From positions 447-64,446 of the forward strand of contig CALHZD010000095.1 of the NCBI GenBank assembly GCA_938040985.1: a DNA stretch of 64,000 bases. Reading direction: 5' to 3'. The position numbers and the translations under genes were made by a program. Numbering within the stretch: position 1 is the stretch's first letter; the number at the start of each line of letters is the position of its first letter. The notes under the pieces were generated by a model that saw only the letters and a list, made by a program, of their open reading frames with translations, was not told the DNA's origin and searched no databases. Source of the stretch: an uncultured Propionivibrio sp. Its GTDB lineage: Bacteria > Pseudomonadota > Gammaproteobacteria > Burkholderiales > Rhodocyclaceae. Below, in pieces: positions 18,773-27,400 of this stretch.

Positions 18773-19282
18773 TCAATCGTCATCATCGTCGTCGTCATCG
18801 TGATGGCGGCGATGCTGCGGAAAATAGCGATACCCGCGCCAGCGGTAACCGTCGTACATATGGCGCCCGCGCCAATCTTCACGGTGACGGAAATGGGGCG
18901 GAGGCGAAACCTCGTAGCCCATGTAGCGCGGCGCAAACTCACGCTGATACCAGCTATCGCGCACGAAAAACACCGGCTCGCCGCAGGCGCCGTAATCGCG
19001 ACAGTGACGGCGCCAGTGTCTGGGGTGCCGATGCGGCACGCGCATATAGATTGGCGGCCCGACGACGTGCGACGGCGTAACGATGATGGGATCGGCATAA
19101 ATCACCGGGGGCGGCGGGCGGCCGCCGATATCGATGCGCCCGTAAAACCGCGGATCGCCGATGCTGAACGTAACCTCGGCCTGGGCGATGCCGGCCAAGC
19201 CGAGCAGCGCGGCGAACGCGGCGCCGGCAAGAAATCGCACGGTGCGGCGGCGTGAATGTGGTAAATCGTGTTGCTTCAACAT
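18773..19282 (-). CDS. Small secreted His/Arg/Pro/Tyr/Trp-rich protein ending in HH-D8
   Basis: Strong RBS (GGAGA) 7 nt before the ATG at 19282. Signal peptide ...LLGLAGIAQA/EV. Mature part has PPPPV/PPIY/PPPH motifs, 2 Cys, and a C-terminal RRHHDDDDDDDD. Confidence 0.7.
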   Translation of the reverse strand: MLKQHDLPHSRRRTVRFLAGAAFAALLGLAGIAQAEVTFSIGDPRFYGRIDIGGRPPPPVIYADPIIVTPSHVVGPPIYMRVPHRHPRHWRRHCRDYGACGEPVFFVRDSWYQREFAPRYMGYEVSPPPHFRHREDWRGRHMYDGYRWRGYRYFPQHRRHHDDDDDDDD

Positions 19283-19424
19283 GGTGCGTCTCCTTTTTTC
19301 CTTCGGTGCGCAATGCCGTTTTAACAACGCCGGACGCCTGCTTTGGGCCGACAGGGCAAAGGTAAAAGATTGTGTCATGCCGATAGTACATGGAATACAC
19401 GCCGGGCAGGAAAGAATCAAGGGC

Positions 19425-19592
19425 TGCCCGCAAACCCGCGTGGATAGGGCGTTTGCGGGCAGGCACCCTGAAACCCTTATAAATAAAAGGCTGGCGGGCA
19501 GCCCTTCCGAAATGCCCTGTTTACAAGGGCTCCAGAGCATCCCCTTTAGAGGTGCCCTATCTACGCGGGTTGCAGAGGCGCTTGCCGGAACA
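19425..19592. repeat. Intergenic stem-loop repeat array, copy D (no head module)
   Basis: Units: CCCGCAAAC-CCGCGTGGATAGGGC-GTTTGCGGG (9-bp stem), CCCTTATAAATAAAAGG, GCCCTGTTTACAAGGGC, CCCTATCTACGCGGG. Confidence 0.65.
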
Positions 19593-19627
19593 GCCTTGGC
19601 GACGCCGCCTGTTCTTTACGCGCCGTT

Positions 19628-19936
19628 TTATAAGGAAGGTTTGCGCCGGAAGGGGAAGTATTCCTGCGGGCGGTCTTCCGGTGACGCCGGGAAAGGCATT
19701 TCCTGGCAAGTGACGCGGTCGACGCGCGCCGGATTCGGACCATGATGGGCCCAGGTAATCAAAACATTGACGCGCGCTTGCTCGCCGCAGAGAAAGGCTT
19801 CGACGCGGCCGTCGCGGCGATTGCGCACCCAGCCGCCGACGTCAAGGCGCAGGGCTTCGGCGCACAGCGCGTTGCGGAAGCCGACGCCCTGCACGCGGCC
19901 TTCAATCAACAGCCGGCAGGCAATGCGGCGCTTCAT
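19628..19936 (-). CDS. Acylphosphatase-like protein with a ~20-aa C-terminal extension
   Basis: Signatures IEGRVQGVGFR and GWVRNRRDGRVEA. The ATG overlaps the TGA of the upstream NuoB-like gene (ATGA at 19933..19936). Confidence 0.85.
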   Translation of the reverse strand: MKRRIACRLLIEGRVQGVGFRNALCAEALRLDVGGWVRNRRDGRVEAFLCGEQARVNVLITWAHHGPNPARVDRVTCQEMPFPASPEDRPQEYFPFRRKPSL

Positions 19937-20466
19937 TGGGCTTCGCGGGCATCCGGTGCGATGGCGGCGAGAATGCCTTGCATCAGTTGCAGCGGCGTCG
20001 GCGGGCAGCCCGGGATAGTGACATCGACGGGAATCACGTTGGCGACGCGCCCGCACGAGGCGTAGCTCTCGCCGAACGGGCCGCCGGTGCAGCCGCAGTC
20101 GCCGACGGCGACGACGAGTTTCGGCGCGGGCGTCGCCTCATAGGCGCGTTTGAGCGCGGTTTCCATGTTTTTGGCGACCGGCCCGGTGACCAGCAGCATG
20201 TCGGCATGGCGCGGGCTGGCGGAAAATTTGATGCCCAGCGCTTCGAGGTTGTAATAGGGATTGCCCAGCGCGTGGATTTCCAGCTCGCAGCCGTTGCAGG
20301 AGCCGGCATCGACGTGGCGGATGACCAGCGCGCGGCCGAGCAGGCGGCGCATTTCCGCGTCCAGCCGTTGCCGGACGGCGGCCAGCGCCTCCTCGTCGGC
20401 GCTGGCTTCGGGCGGCGGCTCGGTGACGATGCCGGTGCGGAGAATTTGTCGGATGAGGGGAAACAT
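19933..20466 (-). CDS. NuoB/HycG/HyfI-like small subunit ([4Fe-4S] cluster cysteines retained)
   Basis: GSCNGCELE, VAVGDCGCTGGPF and IPGCPPTP motifs. Start moved to MFPLIRQ (20466), 2 nt after the stop of the large-subunit gene. Confidence 0.9.
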   Translation of the reverse strand: MFPLIRQILRTGIVTEPPPEASADEEALAAVRQRLDAEMRRLLGRALVIRHVDAGSCNGCELEIHALGNPYYNLEALGIKFSASPRHADMLLVTGPVAKNMETALKRAYEATPAPKLVVAVGDCGCTGGPFGESYASCGRVANVIPVDVTIPGCPPTPLQLMQGILAAIAPDAREAQ

Positions 20467-20468
20467 GG

Positions 20469-22025
20469 CTACAAATCCGGCCCGGAATAAGAAAGGTTGA
20501 ATGATTTGTTGATGAGCGGGAAGTCGGCGACGATGTTGTCGATCACCGCGTGTTCGAGCGCCGGCCAGTTGTGCCAGGAAGGATCGTGGCAATGGCAGCG
20601 GCGGATTTTGCCGTCCGCGCCGGTTTCCAGCGCGACCAGCACGTCACCGCGCCAGCCTTCGACCCAGCCGAAACCGCGCCGGTTGGGCCGGCTGTGCAGC
20701 GCGGCGCGTGTTTCGCCTTCCGGCAGGTGGTCGAGCAGCCCTCGGATCAAGGCCAACGATTCAAATAGTTCGGCAAAGCGCACGGCGGCGCGCGCGGCTA
20801 CGTCGCCGCGTTTTTCGAGCGCCAGCGTCGGCACCATCCGGTCGTACGGCAGGCAGGGGTGGTTGCAGCGCAGGTCCCACGCCTGCCCGCTGGCGCGGCC
20901 GGCCAGGCCGATGAGGCCGAGGCGCTGCGCCAGATCGGGCGTGACGACACCGGTGCTCAGAAAGCGATCCTGGAGGCCGGCGTGTTCGTCGTAGATGGTC
21001 TTGAGACGGCGCACCTCTTTTTCGACGGCGTCACACTGACTGTGTAAAGCGCCGATGCCGGCCGCGTCGACATCGACGGTCACGCCGCCGGGAACAATAC
21101 GGTCCTTCATGAAACGGTGCCCGAACAGGCGGGCGTTGAGGCGCACCCAGTCTTCCTTCAGGCGCATGAACTGCATCAGCCCGAAGGCAAGCGCTACGTC
21201 GTTGCCCAGGTAGCCGAGATCGCTCAGGTGATTGGCGATGCGCTCGCGTTCGAGCAGCAGGGCGCGCAGCCAGGCGGCGCGCGGCGGCGGTGCGACCTCG
21301 GCGATGGCTTCGGCGGCCTGGCTGTACGCCCAGGCGTAAGCGACCGTGGAGTCGCCGGAGATCCGCCCGGCCAGCGTTGCGCCGGCGGCCAGCGGCATGC
21401 CGGTAAACAGCCGGTCGATTCCCTTGTGCTTCCAGCCCATCCGCTCTTCCAGGCGCAGCGTGCGCTCGCCCATCGTTGAAAAACGGAAGTGGCCCGGTTC
21501 GATGATGCCGGCGTGAATCGGGCCGACGGCAATTTCATGGACGCCCTCGCCCGCGACGCGAACGAAGGGGTAATCTTCATTAGCCGCCGGAAACTGGCGA
21601 CCCGGCGTGTCGCGGCGCAGCGGGAAGTAGTCGGCCGGCCAGTTGGCGTGGCGTAGCCAGGGGCGCGTATCCTCGCCGTCCTCAATGCGCAGGCCGAGCA
21701 GGTCGCAGGCGGCGCGTTGCAGGCGGTTGGCGCTGTAGAACAGCGAGGCCAGATCGGGGAAGGCAGGGTTGTCTGCCGACAGCGGCAGGCTCAGGCACGC
21801 CAGCCCTTCGGCCAGATCGAAGGCGACATGCAGGGCAAAGCCGGAGCCCGCATCCGCAGCGCGGTCGCGCTCGTCGCTGCCCCACAGGCTGACCAGCCGC
21901 CGGCCGGCGCGATGGACGGCAACGCTGAAGTCCAGCAACTGCGGGGCACTGACGCTCGCCGCGTAAGCGGCCATCGTCTGGCCGGCGACGGGCGAAAAAT
22001 CAATGGGCTGGTCGAGGAATCGCAT
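20469..22025 (-). CDS. HycE/HyfG-like large subunit (NuoC-NuoD fusion type) lacking all four [NiFe]-ligand cysteines
   Basis: Colinear with HycE-type proteins: VGPIHAGIIEPGHFRF, ERIANHL, C-terminal ...PLINKSF. It reads RISGDST where hydrogenases have RxCGxC, and NLSYSGPDL-stop where they have DPCxxCxxR/H. Confidence 0.9.
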   Translation of the reverse strand: MRFLDQPIDFSPVAGQTMAAYAASVSAPQLLDFSVAVHRAGRRLVSLWGSDERDRAADAGSGFALHVAFDLAEGLACLSLPLSADNPAFPDLASLFYSANRLQRAACDLLGLRIEDGEDTRPWLRHANWPADYFPLRRDTPGRQFPAANEDYPFVRVAGEGVHEIAVGPIHAGIIEPGHFRFSTMGERTLRLEERMGWKHKGIDRLFTGMPLAAGATLAGRISGDSTVAYAWAYSQAAEAIAEVAPPPRAAWLRALLLERERIANHLSDLGYLGNDVALAFGLMQFMRLKEDWVRLNARLFGHRFMKDRIVPGGVTVDVDAAGIGALHSQCDAVEKEVRRLKTIYDEHAGLQDRFLSTGVVTPDLAQRLGLIGLAGRASGQAWDLRCNHPCLPYDRMVPTLALEKRGDVAARAAVRFAELFESLALIRGLLDHLPEGETRAALHSRPNRRGFGWVEGWRGDVLVALETGADGKIRRCHCHDPSWHNWPALEHAVIDNIVADFPLINKSFNLSYSGPDL

Positions 22026-22029
22026 GAGG

Positions 22030-23484
22030 CTACCCGATGAAAGCGACGGCCTGGCGGAACCAATCGGCCAGATAGGGCGGAATCCACACGCCGAGCATGA
22101 GCACCAGGCCAAGATGCAGGAACACCGGCAATAGCGCCGGATTGTGCGCCAGCGGCTTGACTGTCGGCTCGCCGAAAACCATGCCCTGCACCTTATGGAA
22201 CATGGCGGCGAAGGCAACGCTCAGTGCAATCAGCAGAATCGGCGCCGCCCAGGGGTGCTGCCGGATGGCGATGGTCAGGATCATGAATTCGCTGGCAAAT
22301 ACGCCGAAGGGCGGCATGCCGAGAATGGCCAGCGTACCGAGCATGAGTCCCCAGCCAATGGTCGGCGAGCGTTTGAGCAGACCGCGGATGTCTTCGATGG
22401 TTTGCGTGCCGGCCATTTGCGCGGCATGACCGACGGCGAAGAAAATGGCGGACTTGGTTAACGAATGCACGGTCATGTGCAGCAGGCCGGCGAAGCTGGC
22501 GACCGGCCCGCCCATCCCGAAAGCAAACGTGATCAGCCCCATGTGCTCGATCGACGAAAAGCCGAACAGGCGCTTGATGTCTCTCTGGCGGGAGAGATAA
22601 AAAGCCGGCACGACGACGGTCAGCAAACCGAAGGCCATCATGAGGTTCTCGGCAAAGCGGGTGCCCAGCGCCCCGTCAACGAGCACCTTGCCGCGGATGA
22701 TGGCGTAGAGCGCCACATTGAGCAGCAGGCCGGAAAGTACGGCGGAAACGGGCGTCGGCCCTTCGGCGTGGGCGTCCGGCAGCCAATTGTGCAGCGGCGC
22801 CAGACCGGTCTTGGTGCCGTAACCGACGAGCAAAAAGACAAAAGCCAGCGACAGCGTCGTCGGCTCGAGCAAGGTGCGCACGCCGTTCAGATGCGTCCAT
22901 AGCAGCGCATGGCCTTCGCTGCCGAGCATGCGTTCTGCGGCAAAGTAGATGAGGATGGTGCCGAACAGCGCCTGGGCGATGCCGACGCCGCAGAGGATGA
23001 AGTATTTCCACGCCGCCTCCAGACCCGCCGGCGTGCGGTAAAGGGCGACGAGCAGCACGGTGGTCAGCGTTGCCGCCTCCATGGCGACCCAGAGGATGCC
23101 GAGGTTGTTGGTCGACAGCGCCGTCAGCATGGTGCACATGAACATCTGGAACATGCTGTGATAAAGCCGCAATCGCCCGGCCGAAAGGCGGCCGTGATCG
23201 TGCTCGATGCGCATGTAGGGGCGCGAGAACAGGGCGGTGGTGAAACCGACCAGCGCTGTCAGCGCAATCAGGAAAACATTGAGCGGGTCGACGAAAAACT
23301 GCATGTCGTATGCCCACATCGAACCGTCGGTAATAATGCGCCGGGTCAGAAAAGCGGCAGCGACCAGGGTCAGCAGGCTGCATACGGCATTGATCGCGCC
23401 CGCTGCGCGCCAGTGGCCGACCAGCGCCAGCAATATCGCGGCGAAGAGCGGAATGCCGAGAACGCAGCCCAGTTCGACCGTCAT
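22030..23484 (-). CDS. NuoN/NuoM/HyfF-like antiporter-type membrane subunit
   Basis: 484-aa polytopic protein with Mrp/NuoLMN-type conserved stretches (WLPDAHAEGPTPVSAVLSG, SSIEHMG). Confidence 0.9.
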   Translation of the reverse strand: MTVELGCVLGIPLFAAILLALVGHWRAAGAINAVCSLLTLVAAAFLTRRIITDGSMWAYDMQFFVDPLNVFLIALTALVGFTTALFSRPYMRIEHDHGRLSAGRLRLYHSMFQMFMCTMLTALSTNNLGILWVAMEAATLTTVLLVALYRTPAGLEAAWKYFILCGVGIAQALFGTILIYFAAERMLGSEGHALLWTHLNGVRTLLEPTTLSLAFVFLLVGYGTKTGLAPLHNWLPDAHAEGPTPVSAVLSGLLLNVALYAIIRGKVLVDGALGTRFAENLMMAFGLLTVVVPAFYLSRQRDIKRLFGFSSIEHMGLITFAFGMGGPVASFAGLLHMTVHSLTKSAIFFAVGHAAQMAGTQTIEDIRGLLKRSPTIGWGLMLGTLAILGMPPFGVFASEFMILTIAIRQHPWAAPILLIALSVAFAAMFHKVQGMVFGEPTVKPLAHNPALLPVFLHLGLVLMLGVWIPPYLADWFRQAVAFIG

Positions 23485-24170
23485 TTTTCGCGCGCCTTTT
23501 GTGCTTCTTCCATGCGGCCGATGTCCAGACTGTCAAACTGCTCGCGGATCTGGAAGAAGAAGATGGCCAGGATGACCATGCCGACCATGACATCGAGCGC
23601 AATGCCCAGCTCGACGACCATCGGCATGCCGTAGGTGGTGCTCGTGGCGGCGAAAAACAGGCCATTTTCCATGGCCAGAAAGGCGATCACCTGCGGTACG
23701 GCCTTGCTGCGCGTGATCATCATCAGAAAAGAAAGCAACACGCAGGCCAGCGCGATGCCGACGGTCGAGCGCATGATCGTGCCGGAGAGCTGCGAGATCG
23801 GCTGCGCCACGTTGAAGGAGATGATGACGAGCAGGATGCCGACCAGCATTGTCGTCGGGATGTTGAGCAGCGTCTCGACATCCCACTTGACCGACAGCCG
23901 GCGGATCAGACGGTGCAGAATCCAGGGCAGGGCAAGTACCTTGAGGAGCAAGGTCAGCGCCGCCGACCAGTAAAGGTGGCGCTGGTGCGTCGTCACGGCG
24001 ACGATCAGCGTCGAGCAGAACAGGGCGAATCCCTGCATCATGAACAGGTTGATCAGTGTCAGGATGCGCCGCTGCGAGAGCATGGCGAAGCCGAGCAGCA
24101 GCAGGATCGCGGCGCACAGGTTGATGAGCGGCAAGGCTTCCTGGATGGGTAGCGAGGGGAGCGTCATCAT
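23481..24170 (-). CDS. HyfE-like (NuoK-related) membrane subunit
   Basis: 229-aa membrane protein with LAMENG and ELGIALD motifs as in E. coli HyfE (from memory). 4-nt overlaps with both neighbours. Confidence 0.8.
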   Translation of the reverse strand: MMTLPSLPIQEALPLINLCAAILLLLGFAMLSQRRILTLINLFMMQGFALFCSTLIVAVTTHQRHLYWSAALTLLLKVLALPWILHRLIRRLSVKWDVETLLNIPTTMLVGILLVIISFNVAQPISQLSGTIMRSTVGIALACVLLSFLMMITRSKAVPQVIAFLAMENGLFFAATSTTYGMPMVVELGIALDVMVGMVILAIFFFQIREQFDSLDIGRMEEAQKAREK

Positions 24171-25114
24171 GCCCTCAGCAGCAGGTGAACAAGCATGGCC
24201 AGCACGGCCAGCATGAAGGCGGCGCCGAGAAATTCCGGCGTGCGGAAAACGCGCATTTTGGCCGAAAGCGTTTCGATCAGCGCCAGGCAGAAGCCGCTGA
24301 CGGCCAGCTTGGCGACCAGGATCAGCGCGGCGCGGCCTAGTGACAGCGGATCGGAGGCGTCAGGAATGCCAAAGGGAAAGAACAGCGCGATACCGATGCA
24401 CGAGTAGGCGAAAAGTTTGAGGCTGGACGCCCATTCGATCAGCGCCAGATGGCGGCCGGAATATTCGAGAATCATCGCTTCGTGAATCATCGTCAGTTCT
24501 AAGTGCGTCGTCGGGTTATCCACCGGCACGCGCGCATTTTCGGCCAGTGAGACCATGACGAAGGCGACGCCCGCAAAAGCCAGGCTTGGGTAGATGGCGA
24601 CTTCGCGGTTGCCCAGGCTATCGACGATCGTTGACAGCGAGGTCGATTGCGAAATCAGTGAGGCGGTAAAAAACCCCATCAGCAGCCCCGGTTCGGCGAG
24701 GAAGCCGATCAGCATTTCACGGCGCGCGCCGAGCGAGCCGAACGCCGTGCCGACATCCATGCCCGCCAGCGCGATAAACACGCGCGCCAGTGCAAACAGG
24801 CCGACCAGGGCGATGGCATCGGCGGCCGGCGACAGAATCAGATCGGTAGATAGGGTGGGGACGATGGCCGAAGCTAAGGCCATGCAGGCAAAAATCACAT
24901 AGGGGGCGGTGCGGAACAGGGGCGAAGCGTTGTCGGCCAGCACCACTTCCTTGCGGAAAAGTTTGTGCAGCGTGTAATACGGTTGCAGCAAAGAGGGCGC
25001 CGAACGGTTCTGCAACCAAGCGCGGCACTGGTTGACCCAGCCGACGAGCATGGGCGCCAGGATAATGGCCGCGGTCAATGCGAGCATCTGGGCGAAAAAT
25101 GGGTAAAACCTCAT
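24167..25114 (-). CDS. NuoH/HycD/HyfC-like membrane subunit
   Basis: 315-aa polytopic protein of the NADH dehydrogenase subunit 1 / HycD family type (E-rich loop ...HLELTMIHEAMILEYSG). Confidence 0.85.
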   Translation of the reverse strand: MRFYPFFAQMLALTAAIILAPMLVGWVNQCRAWLQNRSAPSLLQPYYTLHKLFRKEVVLADNASPLFRTAPYVIFACMALASAIVPTLSTDLILSPAADAIALVGLFALARVFIALAGMDVGTAFGSLGARREMLIGFLAEPGLLMGFFTASLISQSTSLSTIVDSLGNREVAIYPSLAFAGVAFVMVSLAENARVPVDNPTTHLELTMIHEAMILEYSGRHLALIEWASSLKLFAYSCIGIALFFPFGIPDASDPLSLGRAALILVAKLAVSGFCLALIETLSAKMRVFRTPEFLGAAFMLAVLAMLVHLLLRA

Positions 25115-25118
25115 CGCC

Positions 25119-27146
25119 TCATCCCCGCGTCAGCACCAGCAACGCGATCAGCGTCACAAAACTGTAAAGCAGATAAATGGCGATCCGCCCCTGCTGAAGC
25201 AGCGCCGCCAGGCGCGTGCCGTATTCGACGAAGCGAGCGATCGGCAGATACAGCCAGTACCAGGTCGGATCTTCGACAACACTGCGGTAGACCGGCGCTT
25301 TGTCGAAAGGCGAAGGGTGCTTGCGCGTGCGGCGCAGAAAGACATCGAAAATGCGCCGCACAGGCTGACCGAAGCCCTCGGCCGTATCCTGCATACGCGG
25401 CGTTTGCAGCGGAAAGCCGCAATCCCAGGCCGGCGCGCGCCGGTGCCCGGGCATTCCCTGTTGGCGGCGCTGAAAACGGCGCACGGCGAAATAGACGATC
25501 GGCGTCAATAGCGCCAGACTGACGAAAAAGGCCAGCGCGCTGTAACTGGCGCGATCGGCATTGATCGGCGTGAGCAGCCACCAACTGTTGCTGGCCGCAT
25601 CGCGCAGGCTGACGCCGACCAGCAGGCGCGTGACCGGGTCGAGCAAGGCGACGACCGCATTCGGCAGCAGGCCGAGCAGAACGCAGCCGAGCGCCAGCCA
25701 GAGCAGGCCAAAGCGTTCGAGCTGACCGGCGTCGCGCGCCTCGGACAGTTTTTCTTCACGCGGCTGGCCGAGAAAAATGACGCCGAAAAACTTGACCATC
25801 GCAAAGCCGGCCAGCGCGGCCACCAGCGCCACGGCCGCTGCGACGACCGGCAAAAGCATATTCAGATAACCGTGCGGCAGGCCGGAAGTAAACAGAAAGC
25901 TTTGCAGCAACAGCCATTCCGAAACAAAGCCGTTGAGCGGCGGCAGGCCAGCGGCTGCGAGCGTGCCGATGAGCGCCAGCCAGGCCACCCAGGGCATACG
26001 GTGGATGAGGCCGCCCAGCTTGCCGAGATTGCGCTCGTGCGTAGCATGCAGCACGGAGCCGGTCGACAGGAACAGCAGCCCCTTGAAAAAAGCGTGGTTG
26101 AGACAGTGATAAAGCGTGGCGGTCAGCGCCAGCGCCGACAGATAGGGCAGCTGGAAGGTGACGAAAATCAGTCCGAGGCCGGCGCCGACCAGGATCAGGC
26201 CGATGTTTTCGATCGAAGAATAGGCGAGCAGGCGCTTCATGTCGCTCTGGATCGCCGAATAGATGACGCCGAACAGCGCCGTCAGCAGCCCGGCGACCAG
26301 CATCAGCGCACCCCACCACCAGGTTTCCGCATCCAGCAGATCGAAGCTGACGCGCAGGATGCCGTACACAGCGGTTTTCAGCATGATGCCGCTCATCATT
26401 GCCGACACCGGCGAGGGCGCGGCCGGGTGCGCCTCCGGCAGCCAGATATGCAGGGGCAGCATGCCGGCCTTGGCGCCAAAACCGAAAAGTGCCAGCAGAA
26501 AAGCGCCTGCCGCCCAAGCGCCGCTGCGCGGAAATTCGCGCATGGCTTCGAACGTATAGTCGCCGGCGCCACCGGCCATGACGCCAAAAGACAGCAAAAT
26601 GCCGATGGCGCCGATGTGGGCGATCAGCAGATAAAGATAAGCGGCGCGTCGAATCTCGGCGTGGCGATGCTCGAACGCAACGAGAAAAAACGAGGACAGC
26701 GCCATCGATTCCCAGGCGACCATGAAGGCGTAACCATCATCTGCCAGTAAAACGCAAGCCATGCTCGCCAGAAAGACGTGATAAAGAAAACAGTAGAGGC
26801 CGGGCGGGGCGCTGTCGTCGCGGTGCATGTAGCCGGCGGCATAGAGGGAAATGCCTGCCGCCGCTGCGCCGAGCAGGAACAGAAAAAACGCCGAGAGCGC
26901 GTCCAGCCGCAGATGGAACGGCTGACCGGGAAGACCCAGCGGCAGGATGAGCGTTTGCGGTGAGGCCGCCATGGCCAGCAACGCCTGCACGGCGACCAGC
27001 GCGGCGATACCCGCACCGAGCGGGAACAGGAAACGGCTGATTAGGGTAAAGCGACCGGGCTGCACGAGGCCGATACAACCAATCAGCAGCCAGCCGGATG
27101 CGGCCAGCAGGATACTGTCGATTCCGTTGGAAAATAGCGCGCTCAT
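25119..27146 (-). CDS. NuoL/HycC/HyfB-like antiporter-type membrane subunit
   Basis: 675-aa polytopic protein with WLPEAHPAAPSPVSAMMSG and SSIENIG motifs typical of NuoL/HyfB. Confidence 0.9.
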   Translation of the reverse strand: MSALFSNGIDSILLAASGWLLIGCIGLVQPGRFTLISRFLFPLGAGIAALVAVQALLAMAASPQTLILPLGLPGQPFHLRLDALSAFFLFLLGAAAAGISLYAAGYMHRDDSAPPGLYCFLYHVFLASMACVLLADDGYAFMVAWESMALSSFFLVAFEHRHAEIRRAAYLYLLIAHIGAIGILLSFGVMAGGAGDYTFEAMREFPRSGAWAAGAFLLALFGFGAKAGMLPLHIWLPEAHPAAPSPVSAMMSGIMLKTAVYGILRVSFDLLDAETWWWGALMLVAGLLTALFGVIYSAIQSDMKRLLAYSSIENIGLILVGAGLGLIFVTFQLPYLSALALTATLYHCLNHAFFKGLLFLSTGSVLHATHERNLGKLGGLIHRMPWVAWLALIGTLAAAGLPPLNGFVSEWLLLQSFLFTSGLPHGYLNMLLPVVAAAVALVAALAGFAMVKFFGVIFLGQPREEKLSEARDAGQLERFGLLWLALGCVLLGLLPNAVVALLDPVTRLLVGVSLRDAASNSWWLLTPINADRASYSALAFFVSLALLTPIVYFAVRRFQRRQQGMPGHRRAPAWDCGFPLQTPRMQDTAEGFGQPVRRIFDVFLRRTRKHPSPFDKAPVYRSVVEDPTWYWLYLPIARFVEYGTRLAALLQQGRIAIYLLYSFVTLIALLVLTRG

Positions 27147-27400
27147 TGTGGCGGCTCCGTCGGTGGCGCTGGCATTTCGAGCATTTCACGCAATAGTCTG
27201 GCAATGGCGTAGACCATCAGTACCAGGCCGCCGCCCAGGGCGATGAAAGCTTCCGCCTTCGTCACCGGAAAGTCGCGAAAGAACAGGGGCACGCCGCGTA
27301 TCAGCCAGAGCGCGCCTGAAGAAAACAGCGCAATGCCCAAAACATCGCAGGCAATATAGGCCAGCACTTTCGGTGTCAGGCGCAGCCGCATGGTTTTCAT
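27143..27400 (-). CDS. Small two-TM membrane protein at the head of the hyf-like operon (possibly DUF1418/YbjC-like)
   Basis: 85 aa with two hydrophobic helices. Its stop overlaps the start of the NuoL-like gene (ATGA). It starts 43 nt after the metG stop. Confidence 0.6.
   Translation of the reverse strand: MKTMRLRLTPKVLAYIACDVLGIALFSSGALWLIRGVPLFFRDFPVTKAEAFIALGGGLVLMVYAIARLLREMLEMPAPPTEPPQ

Noticed and set aside
19933-27146. Calling the operon formate hydrogenlyase / hydrogenase-4 (hyf).
   Set aside because: The large subunit lacks every NiFe-ligand cysteine. There is also no HycF/HyfH, HyfA, FdhF, HycI or hyp gene in the window. The homology is real, but the hydrogenase function is not supported.
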